Both the position numbers and the translations under genes were made by a program. This document shows, in pieces, positions 1 to 22,549 of a stretch of DNA of 64,000 nt (the first letter of the stretch is position 1; each line of letters starts with the position of its first letter). The DNA is from Ranitomeya imitator (Eukaryota). The notes below the pieces were generated by a model that was given only the letters and a program-made list of their open reading frames with translations, ran no database searches and had not been told where the DNA came from. The stretch spans positions 217,620,001 through 217,684,000 of the forward strand of contig NC_091288.1 of the NCBI RefSeq assembly GCF_032444005.1, given 5' to 3'.

Positions 1-556
1 GGGATTTTGCGTGGAGCCCCAGATCGAGGGAGATTATCAGTGGTCTTGTATGTCTTCCATTTTCTAATTGTTGCTCCCACTGTTGATTTCTTCACTCCAA
101 GCTGGTTGGCTATTGCAGATTCAGTCTTCCCAGCCTGGTGCAGGGCTACAATTTTGTTTCTGGTGTCCTTTGACAGCTCTTTGGTCTTCACCATAGTGGA
201 GTTTGGAGTCAGACTGTTTGAGGGTGTGCACAGGTGTCTTTTTATACTGATAACAAATTTAAACAGGTGCCATTACTACAGGTAATGAGTGGAGGAAAGA
301 GGAGACTCTTAAGAAGTTACAGGTCTGTGAGAGCCAGAAATCTTGATTGTGTGTTTCTGACCAAATACTTATTTTCCACCAAAATATGCAAATAAATTGT
401 TAAAAAAACAGACAATGTGATTTTCTGGATTTTTTTTCTCAGTTTGTCTCCCATAGTTGAGGTCTACCTATGATGTAAATTACAGACGCCTCTCATCTTT
501 TTAAGTGGTGGAACTTGCACTATTGCTGACTGACTAAATACTTTTTTGCCCCACTG
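1..556. mobile_element. Tc1/mariner element, right end with terminal inverted repeat (left part outside window)
   Basis: Ends ...gactaaatacttttttgccccactg followed by TA (557-558), the reverse complement of a CAGTGGGGCAAAAAAGTATTTAGTC Tc1-type TIR. An internal partial repeat aaatacttattttccacca near 363-381 suggests IR/DR architecture. Confidence 0.75.
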
Positions 557-559
557 TAT

Positions 560-1270
560 AGCATCCATGTTGTGGGGAATTTTCACTGTTTAGGCACATC
601 AGAGGATCTCCAAACGTGACATGGCATCTACCAATGGTTCCAGGAAATTTTGCATTCAAAAAGTCCAATGGTGCTCCTTCCCTTCCGAGCCCTGCCGTGC
701 GCCCAAACGGGAGTTTTCTCCCTCACATGGGGTATCAGCATGCTCAGGAGAAATTACACAGCAAATTTTGGAGTCTATTTTTCTCCTGTTACCCTTGTCA
801 AAATAAAACAAATTGGATCTGAAGTAAATTTTTTGTGACAAAAAGTTAAATGTTCATTTTTTCCTTCCACATTACTTCAATTCCTGTGAAGCGCCTGAAG
901 GGTTAATAATCCTCATGAACGTGGTTTTGAGCACCTTGAGGGGTGCAGTTTTTAGAATGGCGTCACCTTTGGGGTATCTTCTATCATATAAAGCTCTCGA
1001 AGTCACTTCAAATGTGAGGTGGTCACTATAAAAACAGTTTTGTAAATTTTGTTGTAAAAATGAGAAATCGCTGGTCAACCTTTTGGGTATGTGCACACGT
1101 TGCGGAAAGGTGTGCGGAGGGCATGAAAATTCAAAGTTGGGAAATTGCGACATTTTCCAAATTTTCTTGCCAAATTTCCTTTTTTTTTTTTTTTCTTCAA
1201 AAATAAGCGCAAGTTATATCGAAGAAAATTTACGACTAACATAAAGTACAATATGTCATGAAAAAAACAA
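560..1270. mobile_element. Probable internal segment of a non-autonomous DNA transposon (interspersed repeat); boundaries approximate
   Basis: No coding signal; resembles frog interspersed-repeat sequence by recall only; termini not resolved. Confidence 0.35.
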
Positions 1271-1379
1271 TCTCAGAATCAACAATCTCAGAATCACCAA
1301 GGTTCTCGGTAATAATCAGATAATTAGAGGACGCTGCAGCAGTCAGGGTAAAAGGGTTAACAATGAGGTCACATGGTCG

Positions 1380-1468
1380 CTCCAGCGCTGTAGGTGCCGC
1401 CCCTGCTCTTCTGCTCAGTCAGTCCTCTCATTGATGAGTGCTGGGAGTGCGGCTGCTGCCATCCTCAG
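1380..1468 (+). promoter_or_regulatory. Putative non-coding first exon / promoter of SULT gene A
   Basis: GC-rich patch with a GCCGCCCC box, ending ctgccatcctcag|gtacgt (donor at 1469). A near-identical exon end lies upstream of gene B (ctgccatccctcag|gtaggt, 13619). Start approximate. Confidence 0.5.
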
Positions 1469-1815
1469 GTACGTGCAGGGTTAATGCTGGATGTGCCGTC
1501 CCGGACCTCAGAACCAAGTCCGACTATCAGAACACAGCCAGAACCCGAGGCCCGGTGAGAACTGTTCAATTCTTCCTAGTGAAACTACAGCAGTCAGGGG
1601 AAAACTATGTGGAGGGGATTCCTATAAATCCTGGGCTGGTTCTGATGATCCGAACACACAAAGGGCGGGATCTACTAACTGAGCGACCGAGTTATTGTGA
1701 CTATAAATTCAATGAATCTCTTTCATAAGTGTCCAGCTCAAAGGTCAGAACTGTGTGACCATGGATAGAGCCAGAAAGTGACGGCAGAGAACTCCGAACC
1801 GACAGTCATATTGTT

Positions 1816-2458
1816 ATACTACTGCCCCTATGTACAAGAATATAACTACTATAATACTGCTCCTATATACAAGAATATAACTACTATAATACTGCTTCTA
1901 TGTACAAGAATATAACTACTATAATACTGCCCTCTATGTACAAGAATATGACTAGTACAATACTGCCCCTATGTACTAGAATATAAGTACTGTAATACTG
2001 CTCCTATGCACAAGAATATAACTACCATAATACTGCTCCTATGTACAAGAATATAACTACTATAATACTGTCCCTATGTACAGGAATATAACTACTATAA
2101 TACTGCCCCTATGTACAGGAATATAACTACTATAATACTGCTCCTATGTACAAGAATATAACTACTATAATACTGCCCCTATGTACTAGAATATAACTTC
2201 TATAATACTGCTCCTATGTACAAGAATATAACTACTATAATACTGCCCCTATGTACTAGAATATAACTTCTATAATACTGCCCCCTATGTACAAGAATAT
2301 AACTACTATAATACTGCTCCTATGTACAAGAATATAACTACTATAATACTGCTCCTATGTACAAGAATATAACTACTATAATACTGCCCCTATGTACTAG
2401 AATATAACTTCTATAATACTGCCCCTATGTACTAGAATATAAGTACTGTAATACCGCC
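1816..2458 (+). repeat. ~36-bp AT-rich minisatellite (atactgcccctatgtacaagaatataactactata)
   Basis: About 17 tandem copies visible; the same family occurs in reverse orientation at 33905-35520. Confidence 0.95.
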
Positions 2459-3340
2459 TTCTTTATACAGTAGAATTAATTCAGTGGTGTGTGCCAGTGT
2501 AAGACATGTACTGTTAGAATTTACACCCCAGGCCAAGACTCTCCTGGCAAAACAACTTATAAACACAAAAAATCTTTATCTTTTCTGGCACTACGTTATG
2601 CAAACATTTTATGTTGTTATGCAACAGTTTTACTTCAGTTTTTCAATGCAGAATGTTTCATGAATTGGAGCCTCATGTACATTGGCATTTTCCACATATT
2701 CCACGTAAGACAAATATTGCAGCACGTGCTCATCCTTTATAGACGGGACTAGTGCGGGTGAATAGTAGGCAGCTCCATCACCCGTCCGCTGCATTAGCAG
2801 TCCCTCCGCAGAAGATCAGCGCTTGTGTAAACCTTTACCAATTGCAAGCAGAACCAAGAGGTGACGGACTCTGCCCGGAAGGAGATGACAAGTTACAGTT
2901 TACATTAAAATAATACGTCGGTGATGAAGCCGTCACGAAAATGTTGAAGGAAAATGCCAACGAAGATGCTTGAGCAATAACACAGCTGATGTTTTCTTGA
3001 CGTTATTTTTCTTTGGAGAACTCGGTGAGTACACGATCGTCTAACAGACACTGTATGCACACGGTCTTAGAGTTATTATGTAAATCCGCCAATTTGTAAT
3101 GCTTGATAAAATAGGGCTTGGATGAGTTTTCAGCACAGATTTGCTTGCAGATGTGTTGACAGTACTCCAAGAGACCCGGACTTTTTGACCTTCTAAGAAA
3201 AAATTGCTATATTCATCTTCTGCCGATCCTGTGTTTCCATAATTTCTTGCGTCCTCTTCACCTCTCAAGTTGTATTCTTAGCCCTATCCAGATCTCACAG
3301 CTCTGGTAAAGGTTCTCCACCTATCTCCTAGGTTGCAGAC

Positions 3341-9826
<6,486 letters not shown>

Positions 9827-10589
9827 GACTGCGACCTGCAAAGCCCTTCTCCTCATCTCAATCTTTATCTTTGCACATGAAGATATTTTATAGGTTGTAG
9901 TCACGAACAGTAATGACGCTGCCATTATCAGCTTCTTGTTTGTACTTTACATCCAGTGAAAATAAAAGACATTCTGTTACTTGCCGGTGTTACATGATTC
10001 ATAGTCATAAAGTAATACTAGGAAACTGCAATATGTATTCTCCGGGAGAAAGAACCGGAAAGGGAAACTTTGGGAGATTAACACTGTCCTGACATTGGAT
10101 GCATCGGGTCCCCATGTATGATATGGGCTCAGGAGCTAAGCCAGCATCAACCATAGAAGATGATGACTGTTTTCAGGGGTGGATTAAGGGTAGCCAGGGC
10201 CCCGGGCTGTTCCGGCTCTGTGCGCTCCCCGGTCATGTGACGGGGTCATCATATACCTGAACCAGATTATTCCAGAAAAATAGTTGCTGAGTGAAACTCC
10301 ACTTCTCACCTATCACACATTAACAGTTCCCATCACCAGATCACACATATAACCGGCAGATTTTGTTTTGGTCAAAAGATTTTTTAAGCCGCCACCATAA
10401 CACGGTAGACACTTTTGGCCGGGCCCTACTCTACTGTAACCTATTAAATATTTGTTAAACTATGCAATACAATTTAGGTGTATTTTTATTTATTTTTTCA
10501 ATTTTTAAAATGACCAATAATATCACATACAAGGAACAAATCCAACACCATGACCAGACCACATATTACCACCAGTGACCGAATAATAT

Positions 10590-10710
10590 CACATACAAAG
10601 TACAAATACCGCTACACCATGACCAGACCACATATTACCACCACATAGTGACTAAATAACACATACAAGGGACAAATACCGCAACACCATGACCAGACCA
10701 CATATTACCA
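10590..10710 (+). repeat. Short tandem repeat (~65-70 bp, x3 partial; ccatgaccagaccacatattaccacc)
   Basis: The motif recurs at about 10588, 10618 and 10687; probably internal to a non-autonomous element starting near cagggg at 10174. Confidence 0.6.
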
Positions 10711-11109
10711 CCACATAGTGACTGGATACTACAATACTGATCAGTAATAAAAAAAAAAACCACAATACTATCACCATAAGTGCCATTATACACAGGAGAT
10801 CTGTACTTAGTATGCAGTGTCTGTGTAGAGGTAATACAGTGATCACCGGTGACATTGTACACAGGACCTCTGTATATAGTATACAGTGTAAAGTGCCAGT
10901 GTATAGGTAACACTGACTCACCAAGGAAGTCAATAGGTGAAGTCCTTCATCTTTCATCCAGCACAGACCGCCATCATTTCATCCAGCCACATATGTCTCC
11001 AATCCTGCCCCACGTCTTTCATTCTGCCCCGTGTCTCCAATCATGCCCCGTATCTACATTCTGCCCATGTCTCCAATCCTGCCCCATCTGTCTCCAGTCC
11101 TGCCCCCAG

Positions 11110-11790
11110 TGTGTTCAGCATCTCTGCCTCCAGTGTCCAGCATCTCTGACCCAATGTGTCCAGCATCTCTGCCCCAAATGTGTCCAGCATCTCTGCCCCA
11201 AATGTGTCCAGCATCCCTGCCTCAAATGTGTCCAGCATCTCTTCTCCCAGTGTCCAGCATCTCTGCCCTCATCTTTATCCAGCATCCTTGCCCTCGTCTA
11301 TATCCAGCATCTCTGCCTCAATGTGTCCAGCATCTCTGCCCAAAATGTGTCCAGCATCTCTGCGCAAAATGTGTCCAGCATCTCTGCTCAAAATGTGTCC
11401 AGCATCTCTGCACAAAATGTGTCCAGCATCTCTGCGCAAAATGTGTCCAGCATCTCTGCGCAAAATGTGTCCAGCATCTCTGCGCAAAATGTGTCCAGCA
11501 TCTCTGCGCAAAATGTGTCCAGCATCTCTGCTCAAAATGTGTCCAGCATCTCTGCGCAAAATGTGTCCAGCATTTCTGCCCTCATCTGTGTCCAGCATCT
11601 CTGCCCAAAATGTGTCCAGCATCTCTGCGCAAAATGTGTCCAGCATCTCTGCGCAAAATGTGTCCAGCATCTCTGCTCAAAATGTGTCCAGCATCTCTGC
11701 CCAAAATGTGTCCAGCATCTCTGCCCTCATCTGTGTCCAGCATCTCTGCCCAAAATGTGTCCAGCATCTCTGCCCCAATGGGTCCAGAAT
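11110..11790 (+). repeat. 24-bp minisatellite (gtgtccagcatctctgcgcaaaat)
   Basis: About 28 tandem copies; source of the NVSSISAQ / KCVQHLCA / KMCPASLR repeat ORFs. Confidence 0.95.
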
Positions 11791-12239
11791 CTCTGCCCCC
11801 AGTTTCCAGCATTCTGGCCTGGGTCCCCCGGATTGCCGCTCTCAATAATAAAAAAAAAGTTCTTCTCACCCTACCGCGCTCCTTCGGCGAAGCTCACTCC
11901 TCGCAGCTGAGGCGCGCACTCGCCGGCAACGTGCGCGCTGCGGCTGACATCAGCTGCCAGCCTCCAATTGGCTGGCAGCTGTTAACTATTGATGTGCGGG
12001 CAGGCACGTCAATAGCGTTAAACTGCCGCAGCGCCGGTAGGGGCCCAGTGAGCAGATGAGATGGGGTTTGCAGCTGGGAGGTGCGGAGCCCGGTGTCTTC
12101 TTACAGCTACACATGCTTACAGGACAATCTAAGGCTTCTATTACATCCCCCCATCCTTTACAGGCCCCATATATTGCACAATTCAGTATAATGGGCTCAT
12201 ACAGTGCTCGGTAGGTGACATTTTGCCCCTTCTTTGTAC

Positions 12240-13006
12240 ACTCACTCTCACTCAGTGAGATTGGATGGAGACATCTGTGATCAGCAATTTGCAAATCTTT
12301 TGGTCTGGACGGTGACTGGGCCGTTCACACACAGGAATATGCTCTGATCTAAACCCTCCATTGTAGCTCTGGCAGGATGTTTAGGGTTGTTGTCCTCCTG
12401 GAAGGTGAAGCTATGTCCCAGTCTCTTGTCTTTAGCAGCCTCTAACAGGTTTTCCTCCAAGATTGCGCTATATTTAGCTCCATCCATCTTTCCATCACCT
12501 CTGACCAGCTTCACTGCCCCTGCTGAAGAAAAGCTTCCCCACAGCATGATGGTGCCTACACCATTTAGCCAAAAAAGTTATATTTTGGTCTCATCTAACC
12601 AGGGCACCATCTTCCACATGCTCGTTGTGTTCCCTATATAGGATGTGAAAGAAGGTGCTCTGGTCAGATGATACCAAAGTAGAACTTTCTGCACTAAATG
12701 CAAAACACTATGTGTGATGAAAAACTTAACACTGCTCATCACCTTGAAAACTCCATCCCCACCATCACACATGGTGGTAGCAGCATCATGCTGTGGGGAT
12801 GCTGATAACAAATGAACTTTACAATTCTCAGGTTTATATTTTTCAAATGCTTAGAAATACATGTATCATTTCCTTTAGTCGTCACAAATGCTTGCTACTT
12901 TGTGTTGGTTTCACAGAAACTCCCAATAAAATACAATTACGTTTGTGAGAGTAATGTGAAAAAATGTGGAAAAGTTCACGGGTATGAGTGCTTTTTCAAG
13001 GTACTG
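12240..13006. mobile_element. Rearranged Tc1 remnant (transposase pieces on both strands, right TIR)
   Basis: The minus strand 12281-12547 encodes MLWGSFS...FQEDNNPKH (DDE region). The plus strand near 12645-12800 encodes KKVLWSDDTKVEL...[10 protein letters not shown]. It ends ...ctttttcaaggtactg|TA. Confidence 0.8.
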
Positions 13007-13009
13007 TAA

Positions 13010-13215
13010 TCCCATCTTGTGTGATACTGTCTGCTGAACTATGTATCTAGTCCTATCCTGTGTGATATTTTCTGCTGAACTGTACATCTAATCCTATCCT
13101 GTGTGATACTGACTGCTGAGCTGTGTATCTAATCCTATCCTGTGTGATACTGACTGCTGAGCCGTGTATCTAATCCTATCCTGTATGATACCGTTTGCTG
13201 AGCAGTGTATCTAAG
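13010..13215 (+). repeat. 41-bp tandem repeat (ctaatcctatcctgtgtgatactgactgctgagctgtgtat), ~5 copies
   Basis: Tandem copies visible directly. Confidence 0.85.
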
Positions 13216-13559
13216 TGTATACCGTTACCCTTTAGTTCCTGCGTGGAGTATTTACTACTGTGGTAATTATATACATAAAAACCCGTAAACTCTTGCTCTG
13301 CCTCCTGCTTGTCACTGCATCCCGCGTACCTGATAGAACCTTACAGAGCTATGGTAGCTAATCCTGGTGACACCTCTGGCTAACGTATTTCATCACTTCT
13401 GACCTTCTTCTTGTATATAAAATATGTTGATGAGGTTTCCTAGTAGAGGAAGTATCACTGGAGGTAGATTGAGCAGTACACATAGTTCTGTTATTGGCAT
13501 CAGGCCAGCACCCACCCCTTGGTTATCCTTTTAATGCCGGTGTCCGACCTCCTCCCTCA

Positions 13560-13619
13560 GACACTGGTGTGACTCCTCGCTCTGCCAGGCTCTGTCTGTC
13601 TGTCTCTGCCATCCCTCAG
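13560..13619 (+). promoter_or_regulatory. Putative non-coding first exon of SULT gene B
   Basis: Ends ctgccatccctcag|gtaggt, homologous to the candidate exon end upstream of gene A (1468). Start approximate. Confidence 0.5.
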
Positions 13620-14449
13620 GTAGGTATCCCCCTGAGTAAGACAACTTCATGTCTGTTTTAGCACCAGATGATTTTGCAGCATTGTAACCTTAATTATATA
13701 TATATATATATATATAAATAAATATATATATATATATATATATATTTTGTTTTTTTGGATCTTGTTCTAGATTTTGCGACAATAAATTTACCAAAGCATA
13801 TCTGTAAATGATTTATCAAGGTGCAACAAGATATTTATGTGTTTTTCCGAACTCCCGAGTACGGCATAAAGTAGTGAAATATTACAATTTGCCTCCATTC
13901 TTGAGATATTAGCAGTGTTGGTCGGTCTCCAAGGCAACGAGCTGTATCCAAAAGTGTTAATATCTCAAGAACAGCCGCAGATTTTAACGAGCAGTAAATT
14001 GCAAATGTGCTTGTATTCACAATATCCATCTATGAAGATGGGAATAAACCTTTCAATAATTAAACGGGCTGGTAATACCTGATCGGCAAAAATGTAGATA
14101 CCAGCATAGAAGGCTACAGCAGTTGACGAAGTATATCTCCACTCATATCCAGAGCTGCAGCCTGAAGAATTGTGATTGCAGCTCTGGGTGCCAATGAGGT
14201 AGTAATGCAGGTACTGTGCTTCATCAGGACACACAACCTTGTGCATTCAGGTCAGGAGATAAGAGCGGTGAAGTTACTCAACATCATACACAGATTTAAC
14301 CAATAAAGTTTGGAGCCAACTCCTGGTTAACTCTTACTTTCCTACTCTCTCCTGACGTTGTCTCTCCACGTCTTTTACACAGACGCCATCTATTTGTCAT
14401 TATAGCTAAATACTGTACCCCGTCCACCTGGGCTAATAGACCTCCAGAT

Positions 14450-17753
<3,304 letters not shown>

Positions 17754-18059
17754 GACCATAAAGTCACCTTGTTCCTACCTCTTGTATGTTCCAATTTTGA
17801 GATTCAGATACGCTTCTTCTTTTAGACTTTTATCTATTTTTGTAATAAATATAATATGACCATTCACTGTATAAAAGACTAAATGCTAAAGTTTGTACAC
17901 CCCTAGTAGTGCCTCAAGAATATTGGGCCTGCCCTGAGGAAAGGCAGGTTCGGAAGACACAGGAGTCTTTGTCATCATATACACAAGACTTTTGTTGTAA
18001 TATACAGAGATATATTCAGTTACAATCCTCAACATCTCTTGGACTTTGACTAATCTACC

Positions 18060-18646
18060 TGTCTCCCCGCTATTCACCGGCCTCTCCCCTATGTCAAGCC
18101 CTTCACTGGCTTCCTATTGCCCAGAGACTCCAGTTCAAAACCCTCACACTGACGTACAAAGCCATCCACAACCTATCTCCTCCATACATCTGTGACATGG
18201 TCTCCCGGTACCTACCTACACGCAACCTCCGATCCTCTCAAGACCTCCTTCTCTACTCCCCTCTCATCTCTTCTTCCCATAACCGCATCCAAGACTTCTC
18301 CCGTGCTTCCCCCATACTCTGGAACTCTCTACCCCAACAAATCAGACTCTCGCCTACCATAGAAACCTTCAAAAAGAACCTGAAGACCCACCTCTTCCGA
18401 CAAGCCTACAGCCTGCAGTGATCCTGAAGTTACTGAACTGCCGCACAACCTGCCCTACCCTCTCCTAGTGTTTCATCACCCATCCCCTGCAGACTGTGAG
18501 CCCTCGCGGGCAGGGTCCTCCCTCCTTATGTACCCGTGTGCCTTGTTATCTGCTCATGTTTAATGTATTTGTCTATACTTGCCCAGTAATGACATGTAAA
18601 GCGCCATGGAATAAATGGCGCTATAAAAATGTATAATAATAATAAC
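18060..18646 (+). mobile_element. L2 (LINE-2) 3' end
   Basis: Encodes the L2-type C-terminus (LHWLPIAQRLQFK...YLPTRNLRSSQDLLL...LWNSLP...FKKNLKTHLF). The 3' stem-loop GCGCCAT-GGAATAA-ATGGCGC is at 18601-18621, followed by a (TAA)n tail. Confidence 0.9.
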
Positions 18647-19159
18647 TTGTCAACGTAATTTTCCAAGAGTAAAATCATTTTTGTATGTTAAATCTTGTGA
18701 TGTCATCATCACCTTATATATAAATTTATATCTTCCATAAATTACATATTTTATCTTAATGGTCACCGTCGTTACAAGGATTTGCAGAACACAACAGTAC
18801 GAGGAAATATAAGAAACATTGCAATAGATCTCATCAAAGACACACAATTCTTTCTCCACGTAAAAGCCACTTTGTCTTCCCCATCTCCTGAACTCATCGC
18901 TCTGAAAAATGACTAAAATCCATCTTGATTAAAACAACACGTGCATATATACTAATACTAGAAGCCTCACCAACAAATTAGAAATGATAGTGCAGGGATA
19001 AAACTATAATATTGTTGGTATAATGGAAACGTAGCAGGACGAAAGCTATTCTGCACAACAAAATCCCATGACAGGTGACAATCAGGGAAACCAGAAGTTC
19101 TATATTAAAAGTCACCCACTTAACCCAGCAGGAAATATGGCGCCACCTCAAAAGCTCTA

Positions 19160-20320
19160 TAGTAGACAAATCCAGAAGGATTTTCTAAGAGACGCTGTCC
19201 TGGAGTATCTCAATAAGAATAACCTCATGTCGCAGCATCAGCATGGTTTATGAGGGATTGGTCCTGTTAGACTAACCTCATCAGCTTCTAGACTGGACTG
19301 GACCAGGGGAGCGTAGTGGATGTTGTCTATATGGACTTTTCAAAGGCGTTTGATACGGGGCCACATCAAAAATTGGTACATAAAATCAGAGTAGTAAGAC
19401 TAGTGTAAAATATGTGTAATTAGTTTACCAACTGGCTCAGTGATTCGAAACAAAGGATGGTGATTAGTGGAGCACACTTGGATTAGGTCACTGGTAACAG
19501 TGGGTTATCACAAGGGTCAGTATTGGGCCCTTTGTTTATATACATATTTAGTATTTGCAGTTGATACTAAACTTTGCAAGTGAATTAACACTGAGGGTGG
19601 TTATTAGTGGAGCACACTCAGATTAGGTCACCAGTAACAGTGGGGTATCACAAGGGTCAGTATTGGGCCCTCTTTTTATATACAATATTTATTATTTGCC
19701 AATGATACTAAACTTTGCAAGTAAATTAACCTAGAGCTGTATAATGTTACAGAAAAAAATTATATAAGCTGGAGACTTGGGCTGAGAAATAGCAATTGAA
19801 GTTTAATGTAGATAAATATGAGGCTATACACTTTATGTACTAAATTGTAAAACACTGGGTAAAACTGTCACGGAAAAAGACTTGGGTGCAAGGCAAATTC
19901 AACTTTAGTGACCAATGCCAGGCAGCTGCTGCCAAAGCAAATAAAATAATGGGATGCATTCATAGAGGCATCGACGCTCATGACAAGAACATGGTTTTGC
20001 CTCTATACAAGTCACTAGTGCGACCACACTTAGAATAATGGGTACAATTTTGGTCTCTGGTGTATAAGAATGGCAGAGCTGAACAAGATTGGGTACAGAA
20101 AAGAGCGACCAAAGTTATTAAGGGAATAGGTGACCTGTAATACCAAGACAGGTTATTACACATAACGAAGGCTTAGGGGCAATGTTATTACGAAATCAAA
20201 TATGTGAAGAGACAGTACAGAGATCTTTCTACTGATCCAATTATGCCGAAGCGTTCAACGATGACTATGGGCATCCTCTGCGTCTAGATGGAAGAAGGTT
20301 TAGTCATAATCACCAACAGC
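19160..20320 (+). mobile_element. Old, degraded CR1 fragment
   Basis: Collinear with the CR1 at 6691-8831 (FLRDAVLEYLN...QHG, DFSKAFD, GSVLG, CQAAAAKAN, LPLYKSLVRPHLE) but with many indels and stops. Confidence 0.85.
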
Positions 20321-21509
20321 GATTCTCAGAGATAACAGAAAATTAGAGATAAAGCTTACAGAAGGAAAAACTGGTGAAAACGCAGGGTACAAAATATAAA
20401 ATGGGCAGGTTGTTATTCTAAGGGGGTAACATTTCTCTTTATTGAGTGTGACATGCTAATTCTACCATGAACAATCACCTGAAATGACAAGTACTCTTCA
20501 ATATTATCAGCTGTGGAGGATGTCCACTGTTAAAACATAACTTTTAATAATAAGTATAAAATATGGCACACCCAAAGTAAACAGGACACACACAAATACA
20601 AAAAAGTGCTCAAGTGAACCAGTGCTCAAGGTTAAAATTTGGATTGGTCTCACCAAAAATGACGGACAGCCGAACGCTTCCAACTGTGGGAATAGGGTCC
20701 AGGAGTGTGGGGTGAGGGCCGGGCTGAAAAAGCACTGTCTACCCTGTTACCCCTGTGTAACTCCTGTCCTCACAAGGACAGGCCCCACATGGACCCTGCT
20801 ATGGGAACCCGCCACACCAATATGTACGTGAAGGCAGAGTATATTTATTCTCCCGGACATGGATCCTTTTTTCCCTACGCATTTCAACTCCAGTCACGGA
20901 GAATTATCAGGGGAGTTTACTGAAAAAACATGCCAGTAGGCCAAAAGAAAGTCCAAATATAGGCCAATAGGCCCAAAAGTAGTCCAAATGTAATCAACAT
21001 GGAGGTCCGTCCATATAAAGGGTCATGCAGTGGCTTGATACCCCAACAAATCAGAGTGACTGGCTGTGTCCACAGTCTAAAATGAATCCTCAATTGTCTC
21101 ACGGAAGTCGCTCTATATAAAGATATATGTCCGCCCCTAAGAGTATAGCAAAACCCGGGATAGCGCCTTGTGGATAGTGACATATCCTCATGTGGGACAT
21201 ATTCCACTCCAGCGATTACATACACAAACTGCCTGTGTCTCTAGACGTTCGCCCCCACCTTAGCTAAAGCTCCAAGTACTGGGAGGGGGCGGAGTGAAAT
21301 CTTACCCCAGCTCTTCCGAGGGACGCCAAGCGGCCATTCTCATAGACATGTGGAGCGTCCATGGGCCGGATGTTGACGCGCCGTGCGCATCACATCCTGG
21401 GCGGAGTTCAGCCGCATGCAAGAGACATGCGTTCCACCCCGTGGAGCGCAAATCAATGCAGACAAGGCCGGATGTTACTTGATCTTCTGCAGTCCAATTC
21501 CTGTACTTC

Positions 21510-21900
21510 CTGCAAAGTTATCTTCTCTGATGAAGACCCTCCAGACAAGTGGAAGACTGATTGTCCGGAGAAGAGACAGTGAGCACCATCATTACTCCTG
21601 TGTCTGCCAGCAGTAAAGCCTCCAGAGACCCTTCATGTGTGGGGTCTTCTCATCCATGGAGGGGACTCACTCACAATTTTGTCTAAGGTCCCTGCTATGA
21701 ATAAAGAGCTGGGTCTAAACGCCCTCCAGGAGCAACTTCTTCCATCATCCATGAACAATGAGGTAACAAATATTTTTCCCACATGATGGAGACCATGTCA
21801 CTAGTCAAAGTGATAACTAAGTAGCTCGGGGAACAAAACATTGACATTTTCAATCCATGACCGTAAAAATACCCAGATCTCAATTATATTGAGAACCTGC
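21510..21900 (+). mobile_element. Degenerate Tc1 transposase fragment
   Basis: KVIFSDE (aaagttatcttctctgatgaa) and HVWG-like motifs; heavily mutated; boundaries approximate. Confidence 0.5.
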
Positions 21901-22226
21901 AGTCAATCCTCAAAAGGCGACAAACAAAACCACAAAAATTGTAATGACCTTCAGGCTCTGATGAGACCAGAACGGATGGTCATCAGTAAGGTCCTGCCCA
22001 GAAGTCGATGTACAGCCACTGGGGCAAACGGCAGAAGTTTGGGAAAAAAGGGTACACGTGGCAAGACAGAGACCTGCGGCCATATAAATATATCCTCCTG
22101 CCGGTGTGTCAGAAGTTTATGACAATGTAGATGAAACCATGAAAAAGCTGAAAGAGAACTTTACCCCTATAACAGTGATTACGTAGATAAAGTGAGATGA
22201 GGTGACATGGAGAACTGTCTGATGAC

Positions 22227-22433
22227 ATTTTATAAAAATCCACATAAATTTTATTAGAAAAATATATGAAATGTATCGCAGCTACCACTCTCAATCTAAA
22301 GCAGACGCGGCTCAGATGAAGCTGTCCTTCGTCATTGCCTGACTACAGACGGTAGCGTCTTTTAGATTGAGGATTGTAGCTGCGATACTTATCATATTTT
22401 TCTAATGAAAATGTATCTGTAATTTTATAAAAT
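22227..22433. mobile_element. ~207-bp fold-back (hairpin) MITE-like element
   Basis: The arm attttataaaa...gtatcgcagctac...ctcaatctaaa..gacgc (22227-22310) is an imperfect reverse complement of ~22352-22433. Confidence 0.7.
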
Positions 22434-22549
22434 AGACTTTCCTGGAATCTGGATTAATCCTGGACATTATTTGCTGCACATACTGTTCTGTGCCTCCAGA
22501 TCCTCCAAGTGGGTGAGGTTACTCTCTTCTACTCTTGTCTCATGATGTG

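Noticed and set aside
10849-12059. Cys- or Ser-rich repeat ORFs (353, 342 and 230 aa)
   Set aside because: Produced by the 24-bp minisatellite (8-codon period); open in several frames, with no splice or domain support.
13800-14290. Possible ancient retroelement coding remnant upstream of gene B
   Set aside because: No motif could be recovered with confidence by hand translation.
17930-17972. CTGAGGA followed by ggaagac downstream of gene B
   Set aside because: No GAAA box or stem III; too degenerate to call a ribozyme.
20560-21500. GC-rich patch resembling a retroelement UTR or promoter
   Set aside because: No termini, TSD, ORF or ribozyme core identified; cannot be assigned without a repeat library.
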